From positions 78,339,156 through 78,403,155 of the forward strand of contig NC_057711.1 of NCBI RefSeq assembly GCF_004010195.1: DNA of 64,000 nt. Reading direction: 5' to 3'. Position 1 is the first letter of the stretch, and each line of letters starts with the position of its first letter. This document shows positions 39,641-54,320 of the stretch, piece by piece. The position numbers and the translations under genes are program-made. Below the pieces are notes generated by a model. The model ran no database searches. It was not told where the DNA came from and saw only the letters and a list, made by a program, of their open reading frames with translations. The DNA is from Chiloscyllium plagiosum (taxonomy: Eukaryota).

Positions 39641-41136
39641 CTAATAAATTTTGAAACAGCTGACTAAAGGTTCCAGAAGTGAGTTTCAACATATACATTG
39701 CAGGACCGGTCATTGTCATTCAAAGGAATTGGCCTCTTCAGCTATCAGCAAAGGTGTACCAAATTAGGACAAACATCTTAAATGGATGTTTGTTGCATAT
39801 CCACCATGTTTCGTAGAGTGAAGGTTGTCAACCACATATATAATACAAAACTAGGCAGCCTTGTTTTAAATACTGATTCAATGACTGTCTGTATATGCCT
39901 ATTAAATTATTTCAGTCATAGAAAAGTACAGCTATAGCTTAATGAACTTGTAGATGAATGAATTACACTTTTCTTCTCCATTAATCTTGACCAAAAACAA
40001 ATGTTGGTCAAGTCTTTCTTTCTAAATGTGTAAACATAGATGCATGAATTCCCTGTGGCCACAGTGAATTGGCATAAGACCTCTTCTAAACGGATATTCC
40101 GATAGCGAAGTTTCTTCTACTTAAAACAAGTCTAAGACATAAAGTCAACAAAAATTAAAGAGCAAGATCATAAAGAATGTGCTTGGGATTATTTTGACAT
40201 TATGCTTCCAAATCTCAAATTAGTTGAATACTTGCTTTTTTAATGAAGACTTGTGCGATGTTCCAATTTTGCATCAAACTTTCACACGTGCATTGGCTTA
40301 TTTATGCTGGATACTTGGATTGAATCCCAAAATTATGAAACCTACAAACCTGACAATAATTACTAAGTGGGAACAATACAATTGGAATTCAGGATGTTCA
40401 GTGATCCATCATCTTGTTCATGAAAGAACAGTAGGAAAAACTGGAAGATTAATTTATTTTGTAAATTCTGATATTTTGGACGAAGAAAAGTCACACTGCT
40501 TGAATTTCTGATCATGTTTTGATGACCGGAAATAAAATGAGGAATAAACAATCAAATCACAAAAGGAGAAAATCAAAAATGATACAGAAGAAAACCAGAA
40601 ATTTTATTGCCATCTATCTGCTGGTAATGATGATTTGTGTCCTCATGTAGTTTTTCACAACCTTTATCACAATTAGTCAGATCTTAATTTGCAGTCAAGA
40701 ATTCACAATGCATATTATTTTCTCAGAAGACCAGAATATTTGTGCATACATTTAAGATCCATTATACTGACCCTGTAAACTAAGTTTCAAGACATGTTTC
40801 CAAATTTTATTTTTATTCACATAGTTGGAAGGAAGAAAACAAATACTTTATCTACACAGTCAAAATTTCCTTAATTATTAATGATAATCGTCATCTGCAT
40901 CTAACTTAATACATTATGAAATACATCTGAATAGCCATATTCACCACAGATACAGAGAAGATTGATCAAGGAAATATATTAATAGTCCACATTGATAGAT
41001 TGGATTATTCATGTTCCTCCGAATGTTAAGTAATTTCAACTTATAATAAAGATTGCATAGTTTAATGATAACTGAAGCTCAAGTTTCAAGTCTATAATTT
41101 CATGGTTTAGTTTAGTTTCCCTGGCATAAATTTTAT

Positions 41137-41435
41137 GGGCGGCACAGTGGTTAGCACTGCTGCCTCACAGTGCCAGAGACCCGGGTTCAATTCCCGCCTC
41201 AGGCAACTGTGTGTGGAATTTGCACGTTCTCCCAGTGTCTGAGTGGGTTTCCTCCGGGTGCTCCGGTTTCCTCAGACAGTCCAAAAATGTGCAGGTTAGG
41301 TGAACCGGCCATGCTAAATTGCCCGTAGCCTTAGGTGAAGGGGTAAATGTAGGGGAATGGGTTTGGGTCTGCTCTTCGGAGGGTCAGTGTGGACTTGTTG
41401 GGTCGAAGGACCTGTTTCCACACTAAGTAATCTAA
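41137..41435 (+). mobile_element. HE1-like tRNA-derived V-SINE
   Basis: gggcggcacagtggttagcactgctgcc...GGTTCAATTCCC head and ctgtttccacac..aatctaa tail. Confidence 0.92.
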
Positions 41436-44400
41436 GAAAGGCTGATCAAACCACCCCGCAAATAGATACTACTTGCTGTCCAAGAATCCACTTAAAGTAA
41501 TAAATATCGAATAAGTTAACCAAGAAGACACTTAAAAATTCTATGATCATAAGGATCCTGGAAATTTTGCATTTTCAAAGTTATGAGCAACATGGCATGA
41601 ACTTATTCCTTGAAGCCTCCAAAATAACAGTCTTAACTTAGAATAACGTGTTCCAAAAATGTCTTATCTTTCAGCCTAGCAGCACAGGAATCATTATGCC
41701 AGGTGCCAAGTTTGATCATTTAAATCTGTACTTTTCTTTGGATTTTCTGGCTGATTAACATCTATTCACAATTTTAGTTTTAAAAAACGATTGTCGTTCT
41801 AATCATTTACTTTACTAGCTGAATTCGGATAATAACAGAAACAGGAGTAAGCCGTTCAGCCACTTTAACCTGCTCTGCTATTCAAATAGACTATGGTGTA
41901 CCTCAATTCCATTGGCCTATCTTTGTTGTACATTTAATACCTTTATCTAATAAATATATTTTGATCTCAGTCCTGATATTTTCAACTGGTCCTGTACAGC
42001 ATGCTTAGTGAAAAGAGAAAGTTCCAGATTCTGACTACTCTATGCATATAAATGCCCTTCCAGTTTCACCCTTAACAGATTTTGATATAATTTTTAAGAT
42101 CATTCCCCTTTTCATACAATCCACTAATAGCAAACTAGTTGCCCTTACAAAAACCTAATCAAAATCTTTGATTACTAAAAACAATCTCAATTTATCTGAC
42201 ATCTCAACTACCTAAATATCAATGAATTATAGAAAATTTATACATCCTTTCCTCACAAATTAACCCTTTAAGCTCCAGAATCCTTCTGGATCAACTTCGT
42301 TGTTGCCTTCAAAGGCCTTCCTGAGGAGCAGTGTCAAAATCTCAATGCAATATTCTAGACAGCTTCACGTGACAGAAGCATCAATCTCAAATGTTTCTAT
42401 TCCAACTCCTTTTAGTTAGAGAGGAAACTTGCATTAACCTTTTTGATTGCTCACTGCACCTCTCCTCTCTTTTTGTGATTTGGACACATGCGCATCCAAA
42501 TTCATTTGCTCCTCCATGATTGTGCAGTGTGTTTTCAGCAGGTTAGCATTTATCCTCCACAAAGAGCTCACTGCGAACTCCAATGATTCCAACTAACACT
42601 CCAGGTATCTTGATCTCTCTGGATCAGTGAGATTTCCAGTTAGCATGCAGCCCTTATGTTTAAGGTATGAAATCTATGGCACTATTTGTGTAAAACTCAT
42701 GTTCAAAAATTCCAGTACTGGAACACTAATTTTTTTTTTAAAGTAACTGGAAACAGATTTCTCCAATGAAGTACTGGGAAATTACTGTGGTAAAGATTCT
42801 CTGAATACTTGGGTCAAGAGAATTTATGCAAACTTGCAGCCTCCACCTTCAAGTTTTCCCTCACAGAGAAAAGCTAATCAATTCTTACACTATCACATCA
42901 GAGAGTATATTAATATATACCAACACTTAAGGATCCTTTTCTCCAGTTTTCCAGATCTTTTTACTTCTTTCTCAAGTATTCAAAGGTCTGTGCAACTATC
43001 ATTCCTCAACAATGCACTGAGGCTGCAACACATCCCAAAATACCACACATACGACTGAAAATCCTGAAACAAAAATGGAAATTTTGAGCAAAATTCAGCA
43101 GGTCTGGCAGCATCTGTGCAGAGAAAGCAGAGTTGACATTTCAAGTGTAGTTCGATGGAGTTTAATCACTTTTGAGAAAATGATTCAGTACTTACCATCT
43201 CCATTTAATATTGAAAATCGAAGGATTTTGCTTAACTAAACTCCCACTTCCATTTATTCTTGCATCTTGAAGATTTTTGAATTATTAGAACAGCTTTGAA
43301 CCAATCTATGCTCATTGTTAGGAAAATAGGTCAAGTATCAGCCTTTTGTTATCTCAATGCTTGATTGCCAAATAACTCATGGTGACGTTTTGGTCCCTTT
43401 CTTAATGGACTCAACCGCCTCTTCTTCTTGTGGAAATGTACCTTCATTCGCAGATATATAAACATCTCTAAATGACAACTAATGTTTTCTCACCCTCTCA
43501 GTCTCCTGATGGGCAGTGATTATGTAGCTGAGCAGTGTAATGTTTGGACATAATAATGGCTGCAATATAATATTTGTTGGATTCTGCAATATCACTATCC
43601 ACACCTCGCTTCTTGGGTTGTATGAGGTGGCAGGAGTCTTACCAAATCAGGTAAAACAAGTAGTATCTTACCAGAAATGAGGTAGATGTAATTTTTATTG
43701 CTCTTATAAGTTTTCTCAAATGTTAAAGAATCTATCAAATGCACATTAATCTATTTTATTGTATTTGCCAGAACCATTTAGTATGCTCCTGCCGTCTTAT
43801 CTCAGAGAAAATATGCTATGATGATAAAGAATACATATCTCTACTCCTTATGCCAAACATACAGAATTCCCATCATTTACTAGCATGAACCTTAAAGCTC
43901 AATGGTTCAACCTCAGGAAATTATATAAAGAGACTCACAATTAAAGAAAATCTGGCGATGGCAACAACAATCTGGGCTTCACAGAAATTAGTTTATTTTT
44001 AAGAAAATCAGGTTTCCAAACCAAGTGATGCATAATTATGAATCAGTATTATAATCTCACTGCTTTCCATTTGGTAAAAATGCTATCATTTGTCACACAG
44101 CAACAGAAACCATTTACAGGAAAACAGAATAATGTTCAATTTTGTATCCAACTTAAAATTTCATTAACAGCAGGCTGCCAAAAAATTACCAAATGGAAAA
44201 TAAACCTAATCTTGGATCACAATAATAATAGACACGACTGTTTACAAAAATAAATCCAGAACAGCTCAATACTTGCTAGGATGAAAGTCAAACTGACTGA
44301 AGAAATAAGTTTGTCCAAAGAAAAAGAATCGGTATGAAATTTCAGTACTTTTAATATACTTCTATTTAAGGCAGCTGTCCTTAAAAACATGCACAGCCAG

Positions 44401-44584
44401 TTTCAAATGGGGACATGCAAAAGGGTGGGGAATGGAAACAAGTATATGGAAAGTAGAAACGGCAAATGGCAAGAAAGATGGCAGAGAAAAGACAACAAGA
44501 AAGGGACGAAGGAAAGGTGAGAGAAGAAAGTAGAAGAAAAGGAGAGGAAAAGGAAAACAATGAAGAGGAGGAGAGGGTACAGAT

Positions 44585-45284
44585 TGTTATGGGGAAAATC
44601 ACCAGGCTCGGAGTCAGTCAGGGTTCAATGATAGAGTTTATCGCATAACGAAATACCGGAGCTCCGGGGAGAGAAAGGCACGAACAGCACAGTGGTCAGC
44701 TGCAATTATTCTCTCGACCCGGAGCACATGTCAAGATACTTTTATACAATAGGACAGTGATGAGATTATTGCTTTGTAACGTGGTTTGTTTATGGCAATC
44801 ATTGCAGAATCATTGATAGTTTTGATACAGCCATTATCAGTTCCAGCACAGCCGTTGTTAATTTCAGCACAAACATTGTCAGTTTCAATGTCTGCGTGGA
44901 AGTCCATTGCTCTAGTAATGGGTGCGAATCGCTGTTCCTGAGAAGGACAATTACTGCAGCCCTGGCTATCAGCACTCTACATTGGGTCCATACTTAGCGG
45001 TTAGCATTTCTATAAAAGGTGTTGGCTGGACCTAGACACTTTGGCGGACAGTGTATGTTACTCACGTGTATTCTCTCCCCCACCTGCCTTAAGCTAATCA
45101 ACTAGGTTGAGAGTACTTTGTTCTGGCATTCCGGTGGCCCCAGGCAGTGTCTGTATTTGGTCTGCTGTCTCACTCTGCACCGTGGTCTGGCGGTCATCTT
45201 ATGTGTCAAGTGGTCAACTGATGGCTCAGCAGCCATCTTGTGTGTCCATGTGCCTAGTGTCACCCTGCCCGGTGTCATCTCTCA
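44585..45284 (-). mobile_element. Probable solo LTR
   Basis: TG...CA-bounded, CpG-retaining block of about 700 bp inside a purine-rich tract. Minus-strand TATAAAA at about 44740-44746 and a GATAAA polyA-like signal at about 44637-44642. TSD not clean. Confidence 0.5.
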
Positions 45285-45377
45285 CTTGAAGATAAAAGAT
45301 ACCAAAGGAGAAGGCAGAAAAGATACAAGGAAGGAAAAAAAGGGCCAAAGACCAGGTTAATATACATTAAGTTAAGG

Positions 45378-45705
45378 GGAGGCAGTGGCAATGTCACGAG
45401 GTCAGTAATCCAGATACCAAGGCAAATGCCCCAAGGACATGGTTTCAGATCATAATATGGAAATGGTGAAATTTGAATTTTTTTTTTAAATTAAAAGCTA
45501 GTCTAATTATGACCATGTAACCATTGGCAATCTTTATAACAGGAAAGATAGCACAGAGGAAAAGAAAAAGGTTTAGTCCAAGGAAAAATAGCAGGGGGGG
45601 TGTCTGGTTCACTAATGTTCTTCAGGGAAGGAAACCTTTTGTCCTTACCCAGTCTGGCCTATATGCATCTGGGGACACAACGACGACTCTTAACTGTCCC
45701 CTAAA
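45378..45705 (+). mobile_element. Second-family SINE (L2-tailed), decayed
   Basis: ctggttcactaatgttcttcagggaaggaaa...cttacccagtctggcct core. Confidence 0.65.
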
Positions 45706-48406
45706 ATTAATTTATACAAGGAATATGAAAACATTTGAACTTCCAGTTCATCGATAAGTGATGAAGCAAGAATTCACATTTTAAGATGTTTAGTGTAGCC
45801 TGTAGACTAACAGTACTGTTGACTAAATAGTGTTTTTGTGGAAGCTTATCATTTAAAGTACAGATCAGCATTTGTAACAGATCTAAAAGATTCACCACCA
45901 GGTATACACAAAACTGTCCTTGAATTCTCCCAAAATGAATCTCGGATACCAAGGTGCTTACTTCTGTTTTCCTCCTTTCTTTACCTGGTAACTTCTAACT
46001 CCAGGGCTGTCCTTATCAAAGTATTACTGGAGATCCTTCCACTCCAAATGTTAGTTTTAGCTCTTCACACATCTTGCCTTTTAAATCTGTGCTTGAGTTT
46101 CCATTTGCACTCTGGGATGCAATGAGACATTTGGCTCCAGCTGCTCTCCCCACACCTATCTCATGATATTTTGGAAATCATGCAACCTATCAGCTGTGTA
46201 TCTTTTCTTTCTCAAAGCTCATCAACACAGACCTTGTATTCAGGGACAGAAGGTGATCAGCTATTTTTGAGACTCCAACTCTTTTACCTTGGGAGTAAAT
46301 GGGAAAGTTAACGTATAACTGATTTCAAATTGACAAAATTTGGGGGATTGGGAGACACATTGTGAACACACGGCTGCTGTCATTTTCTTCAGCTGTAAAC
46401 ATCTTGCACCATCTTCCCAGTAAAACAATCTGGGCTGCTTTTAATCTTTAGCAAACCAGCCAGACTTGCTGCCTGGCAGACTTCAGGACAGGTCATACTT
46501 CCACCACTTCACTTTGACTTAAAGTGAAGGCTGTCCTAAAACATCTTAAAAACCTCATAACTGTACCACTGAATCAATCATATCAGAAAGAAATTAAATA
46601 GGTCTTTTTCATAAATCAAAAGCTTTCAAGCTCTCACCAAATTAATATGCAGCGCATTTAAGTTCATTGAAGAAAAACAGAAATCATAGGTTCACCATAA
46701 TTTCAGAAGAGATTTATTTGCTTCATGAAGGAACTACCGCATCCTTGAACATGTTTTACAACAAGCAATCAGATACTTAAATTTCATAGGAAGTGGAAAC
46801 TGAAGTCAATGTGGAATTGATTTTAAAAAGTGCATCTTGACAATACGTAATAACATTTTTTTGAGGAAGCTGCTTCATCTGCATATCATTTGAATGTGAA
46901 ACAGACTGTGATCTAATAAAACAGTGCAAAGATCTGAAAACTACATTCATCTACGGAGAAGTGTATCATTTCACAGGGCAAAATCACACCAAAATAAATT
47001 TCATCTAAACTGCTACAAGTTTGTAATATACCAAAGTACATCTTGAAATTTCTCTTAAGCTACGGGCACCAATTTTTGGTTGTGGGGGTATGGTAGGCCC
47101 AGTGGATCAAGTGTCAGTAGGGGAAAATTTAGGGGACAGTAATCATTCTTATAAAGCTTAGGTCGATTATGGAAAAGGTCAAAGATCAATCCAAAATAAT
47201 AATAATAATAATTAACTGCCTGAAAGACAAACTGATGAGACTAAGAATGGACCTAGCCCACATAAATTGGAATAAATTCCAAAAGTGTAAATAAGCAATG
47301 AACTGCTTTTAAACAAGTTGTAATTCAGGCACAGTTGTGGTTTCTCTGGCAGACAAAAGGGAGACCAAACAAATCCAGAGTTTGCTCGAGATAGAGATTC
47401 ATGGGGAAAAAGAAGACAGGGTCCTGAGGCCAGACATCAAGCAGACAACAAAGTGAAGAATCAGGTTTATTTTAGACGTTTCAGTAAGGAATTAGAAAAA
47501 AAGAAATAAGAGAAGGCAAGATGGTAAATGAGAAGGAGACTGACAGCTATAATAAAATGATCACCCAAATGTTTCTAAAGGTATGTAAATAGCAAAAAGG
47601 ATGAGCAAGCCTGCTTTGGGGCCATCAAAATGATTTATGTATGGAGGCAGGGGACATAGTTGAGGTAGTAAAAGAATACTTTGAACCTGCGTTGACCAAA
47701 AAAGTTATTACTGTGAAGACATGCTGAAAATAGGAAGCAATTCAGGTGCTTACAGTTTTATGGAAATTATGATGTTCTTGTGTAAGTGTGGTAGAGTGTC
47801 ACTTTAAGAATCTGATCACATGACAATGATGAAAACATTGGCTATTTTGAGCAAACAGCTCTCTTTACTTCTCCGTCTATCAAGTGAACATTGCAATAAT
47901 AAAACTCCTATTGTCAGCATCCTAGTCCTTCTTGGAACTTAACACAAGATGAAAACTGGTGGCTTGGGCAGACAGTGCAGAAGTTCACCACATGCTCCAT
48001 CCGAAAGAACACTGACTAATGAATACCGCACACAGAGGGAAATTCCTTGAGGTAAGTGTGTAGACTAGGAAAGAAACAAATAGGCAGCCTCAGAAGTACC
48101 TTGTTTGAGCAGGAAGAATGATGTAGTGCTAAATTTTCATGGTACATCATGCTAAGCAGGTCCATCACATTTGATAAAAAAAGTGGGAAATTTTGGTACT
48201 GCAGGGTCACCTATGAAAATACTAGAACTCCTGAAAGCTGGAACTCCTAAACACAAGAGATTCCACTACTTTGTTCAAGCTAACAAAATTGAAGCATTTA
48301 TGATTGTTTCTGAATTCCTCAATATTATGGGGGTGGGGGGGGGGAGAAGAGGACCTTTTAACCTCCTAAGGTGCATGATACAGCCAGAGGATCTAGATTC
48401 CAATAC

Positions 48407-49998
48407 TTAGAGTCAGAGGTGTACAGCACAGAAACAGGTCCTTCGGTCCAACTTGTCCATGCTGACCAGATATCTAAAATTAATCCTAAATTAATTCTGG
48501 ACTCCACCATCCGAGGCGAAAAGACCTTGTCTATTTACCCTATCCACGCCCCTCATGATTTTAAAAACCTTGATATGGTCACCTCTCAGCCTCTGACATT
48601 CCAAGGAAAATAGCCCCAGCATATTCAGCCTTTCCTTATACCTCAAACCCTCCAACCCTGGCAACATCCTTGTAAATCTTTTCTGAACCCTTTCAAGTTT
48701 CACAACATCCTTCCTGCAGGAGGGAGACCAGAATTGTACACAATATTCCAAAAGTGGCCGAACCAATGTCCTGTACAGTCTCAACATAACCTACCAACTC
48801 CTATATTCAATGCTCTGACCAATAAAGGAAAGCATACTAAATGCCTTTGTCACTATCGCATACACCTGCAACTCGACTTTCAAGGAGCTACCTGCATTCC
48901 AAGGTCTCTTTGTTCAGCAACACTCTCCAGGATATTACCATTAAATGTGTAAGTTCTGCCCTGATATGATTTTCCAAAATGCAGCAGCTCACTTTTCTCT
49001 CAGTTAAACTCCGTCTGCCACTCCTCAACCCATTAGACCATCTTACCAAGATCCCATTGTACTCTGAGGTAACCTCCTTCACTGTCCACCACACGTCCAA
49101 TTTTGGTGTCATTTACAAACTTACAAATTATACCTCCTATGTTCATCTCCAAATCATTTGTATAAATGAAGAAAAGTAGTGGACCCAGCACCGACCCTTG
49201 TGGCACACCACTGGTCACAGGCCTCCAGTCCGAAAAGCAACCCTCCACCACCATCCTGTGTTCTTCCTTCAAGCCAGTTCTGTATCCAAATGGCTAGTTC
49301 TCCATCCAAATGGCTAGTTCTCCCAGTATTCCATGTGATCTAACCTAGCTAACCATTCTACCATGAGGAATCTTGTAGAATGCCTTACTGGTATACGTCA
49401 TATAGATCACATCCATCGCTCCACCATCATCAATCCTCTTCATTACTTCATAGAATCATAGAATCCCTACAGCGTGGAAACAGGTTCTTCGGCCCTACGT
49501 GTCCATACCAACCCTCTGAAGAGTAACCCACTCAGACCCACTCCCCTATCCTATTATTCTATATTTACTCCTGACCAAGCACCTAACCTACAAATCCCTG
49601 GACACTATGGCCAATTTAACATGACCAATTCACCTAACCTGTACATCTTTGGATTGTGGGAGGAAACTGGAGTATCAGGAGAAAATCCATGCAGATACAG
49701 GGAGAATGTGCAAATCCCATAGTCAGTCGCTCAAGGCTGGAGTCAAACCGGGTCCCTGGCGCTGTGAGGCAACAGTGCTAACCACTGAGCCACCATCTTC
49801 AAAAAACTCAATCAAATTAGTGAGACATGATTTCCCACGGACAAAGCCATGTTGACTGTCCTAATCAGTCCCTGCCTATCCAAATATTTATATATTCTGC
49901 CCCTTAGAATTCTCTCCAACAACTTGCCCACCATCAATGTCAGGCTCACCAATCTATAGTTCCCTGGAGTTTACTTACAACCTTTCTTAAATAGTGGC
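48407..49998 (-). mobile_element. CR1/HER1-like LINE (RT to 3' end)
   Basis: [38 protein letters not shown]. Internal deletion near 48490. Confidence 0.93.
49448..49795 (-). mobile_element. HE1-like SINE nested in CR1
   Basis: gtgctaaccactgagccacc head (reverse) and (ATAGAATC)2 tail. Confidence 0.9.
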
Positions 49999-52900
49999 TG
50001 AAGCAAGAATAGGAATCCCACAGAACCATTTTTCGCCAAAATCATTGTTGTTTGCTGAAAGCTTCAGAGCATGCAAATGGTACCTTGTTGTGTAACTAGA
50101 CTTCAAATGTAATTTGGTAAAAGTGTCACAGAACATGCTAGTCAGCAAAAGTTAAAACCCATGGAATTCAAGGGCAGTCGCAACATGGATACCAAAAAAA
50201 ATGGTTTAGTGACACGAAATAGAATGCAGTGGTTAATAGTTCTTCTTCAGACTGGAGGAAGGTTTGGACTGGACTTTCGAAAGGGTCAGGATGTTAATCT
50301 TCACGATATATATGAATGACTCAGACCTTGCTGCATTGGGCACAAATTCAAAATTTGCAGATGATAATAAACTTTCAAGTATTGTCGGATGTAATGAAGC
50401 TATTGTACAATTTCAGAAGACACTAATAGGAATGACAAATGAAACTTAATGCAGGGAAGTGGGGGTAGTAGGAAGATGGGAGAGATGATACAAAACAAAA
50501 AAGGTATAATTTGAAAGGAGGTACAGGTACAGAGTGACCTGCACCATATCTACATAAATCATTGAACAAGACAGGACAAGCTGACAAAGCAGTGAATAAT
50601 GTGCTTAGCATCCTCGACCTTGTCAATTAATAACAATAAAGTATAAACATAAAGTCATGTTAAACTTGAATGAAGCACTGGTTTGGCTTGAACTGGAGAC
50701 TGCATACACTTCTGGACATCATACTTCAAGAAGCAAAGGAAGGTATTCGAGAAGGTACAGTAAACATTTATGAGAATGGTTTTAGGGATAAGGACTTCAG
50801 TGATCTAGACAATTTGGAGAATATGAGATTATTTTCCTTGGAGAAGAGATCTGTTAGAGATATTCTAAACAAAGCATATGGGGAGAAACTGTTCACAATC
50901 AAGAACAAGAGTATAGGTTTTAGAAACAATGCCAACATAAGGAAAATCCTTTTCATACAGCAAGTGGCTTGGATCGAGAATATACTGCCATGGAGTGTGA
51001 AGGAAGGTGAACTGATCATCAAGAGTGAATTGGATTATCACCTGAAAATGAAAAATATGCTGAACTAATGGGTCTAGGCAGATGAGGTTCTCCTTCAGAG
51101 AACCAGCACAGGCAAGATGGGCCAAATAGCCTCCTTCTATGCCATGGATATTCTATGATACTATGATTCCATTTTTGGAGAGATATGGCAAAATGCCATT
51201 ATAATTTTGTTTAATCTCTGTGCTTTTCTTCTGAATGTTCAAATTTGGATCCATAAAACGTAAAACCCCTATTGAAACTGCAACAGGCACTTCAATGTAA
51301 CAGCTAACAATTTAAATTATTTTGAATTAACTATGAACTTCAAAAGGAGTTGCATACGTGTAATGCACCCAAACGTTCTGATTGCACTATAATACCCATA
51401 AAGAACATGAAAATTCTAGATTCCAATTTGTTAATTATGTTAAAGTATTTATACAAACATGACATACTGTTAAATCCTAGACATGCTTGAAGTAACTATG
51501 CCTTAAAAATGCCCTAGCACTATTTATGATTATTCATGGTGCTTATTTTAAAGTGTATTGTGCTGAGTTCTAAAGAAATTCAATCATTTCAAATCATGGG
51601 AAAGTCAGACTTAACTGGTCCTCTACATATTTTTAATTCTTGGGTACCCTCTGCAGATGGCTTTTCACATTTTGAGAAATAAAGCAGCAACTGGTTAATA
51701 GTGAAGCATGCCAATTTGATTCTAAAATAGTGTTCATGATCATTTTCATACCAAGTTATTTAATACAAGAACAACATGTCCATCTTTGCATTATTGTAGC
51801 ATTTGCCTTCAAATCAGTAAGTTGAGGGTTCCAGTCTCCTTTCAAAAACTGTACTCTGTAACTGGTGCTGATTTTGAAATGTGAAGTTAAGGTTAGACTT
51901 CTGTCTAATCTCCCAGACGAGCACATATACATATAAAACAGAACTCTCAGTAATGCTAAAACCCAGCCCTCAACAAATACGACTAAAAGGGACTACATAG
52001 TCACATGTTTCATTCCTAGCTATACGCAAGTTGGCTGCTGCATTTTCTAACACTCGATCACATTAAATCAAGCCAAAAAATCCTTAATTAATGGTGAAGC
52101 ACTTTCAGACATTCTGTGCAATGGTACTGCATAAGTGCAGTTTCTGCCCAAATGTAAATACATTGTGCCATACAGGACAAATTTATGGTACCAGTAATAC
52201 ACACAAAATAAACCACAAATATCCACACTAACAATTGGGGGCACAACTACACAAAATGAATTAGGGTATTTGAATATTCTTTTCCTTCTGCCAGATTTGA
52301 AAATCCAACCCACAGCATCATGATCTTCTCACAGGTAGAGCAAAAAGCAGGGAATGAATCCACCCCAGCCATAAACAGTTTTACACCTCACTGGGTAGGC
52401 GCACTGGAAATTAAATCCCACTATTGCTGGAATCGGCACAAGTTAAAAACTGGAGCAAACTACACAAAATCTCCAATTTACCTAGCTAACAGAAAACACA
52501 GACCAAGTTTCTGTACTTAACAATAAGTTCTATTTATTACAAATAAAACAATTCTACCCACAGGTAAATAACTATGAATGCTGACACAGAACTCAACTAC
52601 CTCAAAACTCTAACCCCCTGCCATCAATATGCAAACATACAGATTGTTTTTTAAAGTTGGTGTTTTGGAAGGAGGGGAAATACTGGAAAAAAAATTCTTG
52701 GATTGAATGGCTACTTTTTTGTTTCCCAAGCCCTTCAGTTCTCTGGTATTTCAAGTTATTTCATTTCTTTACAGTAGACAGAAAATGACTGGTTCACAAA
52801 GTCGTAATACCTCTGACTTCCTGGTTAAAAGCAACAGATTAAAAGACTGATGGGAGAAAAACAACTCACTTTCTTTAGCTTCAGGTATTTTTGTTAGAGA

Positions 52901-53889
52901 GTGGGATACCACCTCCCCTTCCAGAGGACAGAGTTTCTTCTTTAATCATTCACACCCACAAGCTGTGCAGCTGCCCACGAACCAGAGTTATGATCAAAGT
53001 TGGCCTTTGTTATCCACAACTAATCATAATTCCATAAATCAGCTACTTGTTGCTGGCAGAATCTCACTTTGTATGCACACCCCAGTGCCATGTGATCTAT
53101 TTTACATCATCCCCCACCGCTTAGTAAACCCCAGTGTAAATATGGCTTACAATGAGTTTCAATTTTCTTTTGAAGTACAGCAATTCTTTGCACAGTTCTA
53201 AGACTATCCTTTTTCCAATGCAGGCCACAATCAAAATAAAGTAAATAAAAAGATGCAATCTTTACAACAGATTAAGATTGTCCTTCCATTGAACTCTCTG
53301 CTTTTAAAGATATTATTGTTTAATAACTTGGTTGCTTGGATGACTTGCAATTAGTTCAGTGGGTTTCTGGTGCTACTGTCTGAAAATGACTTGCAGGTTT
53401 TAAAAGTAGACAACAATATGGCTTCATCATATGACTTGTACAAATTCAATATTCTTTTCTAAAACTAAGGTTATTGTGTATGTTGAATATACATTTTTAT
53501 TTTGGGTTAACACCTTGAGAGCGTCTTCATGTTTGAATGACCCATTCAATTTGAGAACATACTTTAGGGTTTGTTGCAGTAAATTGCATTCATTCAACAT
53601 TAGCTTGGAATGTTCTGTTTAATCCCTCAGTAGCTTCAACTCAAAAAAGGAGTCAAGTAACCCTCTGGCAACCAACTTTGCAGGCTTCAGTATTTGGTTT
53701 TAAAGTATGCTGTAGACTGCAAGTTCAAATTATACTGGAGTAAAAGTGTTGAACACTTCACCTGATGAAGAAACAATATTCTGAAAGCTTGTGATTGCAA
53801 AAAAACTTGTTGGACTATAACCTGGTGTCATATGACTTTGTCTACCCCTGTCCAACAATGGCACGTCCACATAATGATCTAAAAATGAA

Positions 53890-54320
53890 CAGAAGAGTTG
53901 AGCTGAATAGGTGATATCAAGCGTCCTTGACATCAGCGTAAAAGCTGTCTGTAACATCAAAGACTACTGGCATAGATTGAAGTCAATAGGAATCAGTTCA
54001 CCTGGCACAAAGGATGATGGCTGTGGCTGCTGAAGGTCAAACCTCCCAGTTCCAGGACACTGCTACAGCATCTCCTCGAAGAAGTGTCCCAGGCATAATC
54101 ATCTTCAGCTGCTTCAAAGAACTTACCTCAATTAGGAGGTCAGAAGTGGAAATGCTAATTGATGATAGCAATGTTCAGTTCTATTCACAACTCCTTTAGA
54201 TATTGAAGGAGTCCATATGCCATTACAACATGACTTAGACAACATTCAGGCTTAGGCTGTTAAATGGCAAGTGATATTCACACCACAAGTGTCTATCAAT
54301 CAACATCGCCAACAAAAGAA
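53890..54320 (+). mobile_element. Decayed L2-like RT fragment
   Basis: ccttgacatcagc..., IIFSCFKEL.SIRRSEVEMLIDD. Confidence 0.6.

Larger units (their letters stand above)
47080..51170 (+). mobile_element. Old CR1 ORF2 (47080-47770 and 50000-51170) split by younger insertions
   Basis: VGENLGDSNH (endonuclease end, about 47115-47146), IYMNDSD...KFADDNK (about 50310-50370), LFSLEKR, and tail ttctatgatactatgatt at about 51160. Confidence 0.65.

Noticed and set aside
44440..44584. E/K/R-rich ORF (44466-44648)
   Set aside because: Translation of a low-complexity GA-rich tract.
52318..53270. Possible LTR-like block
   Set aside because: No supportable termini, TSD or second copy in the window.
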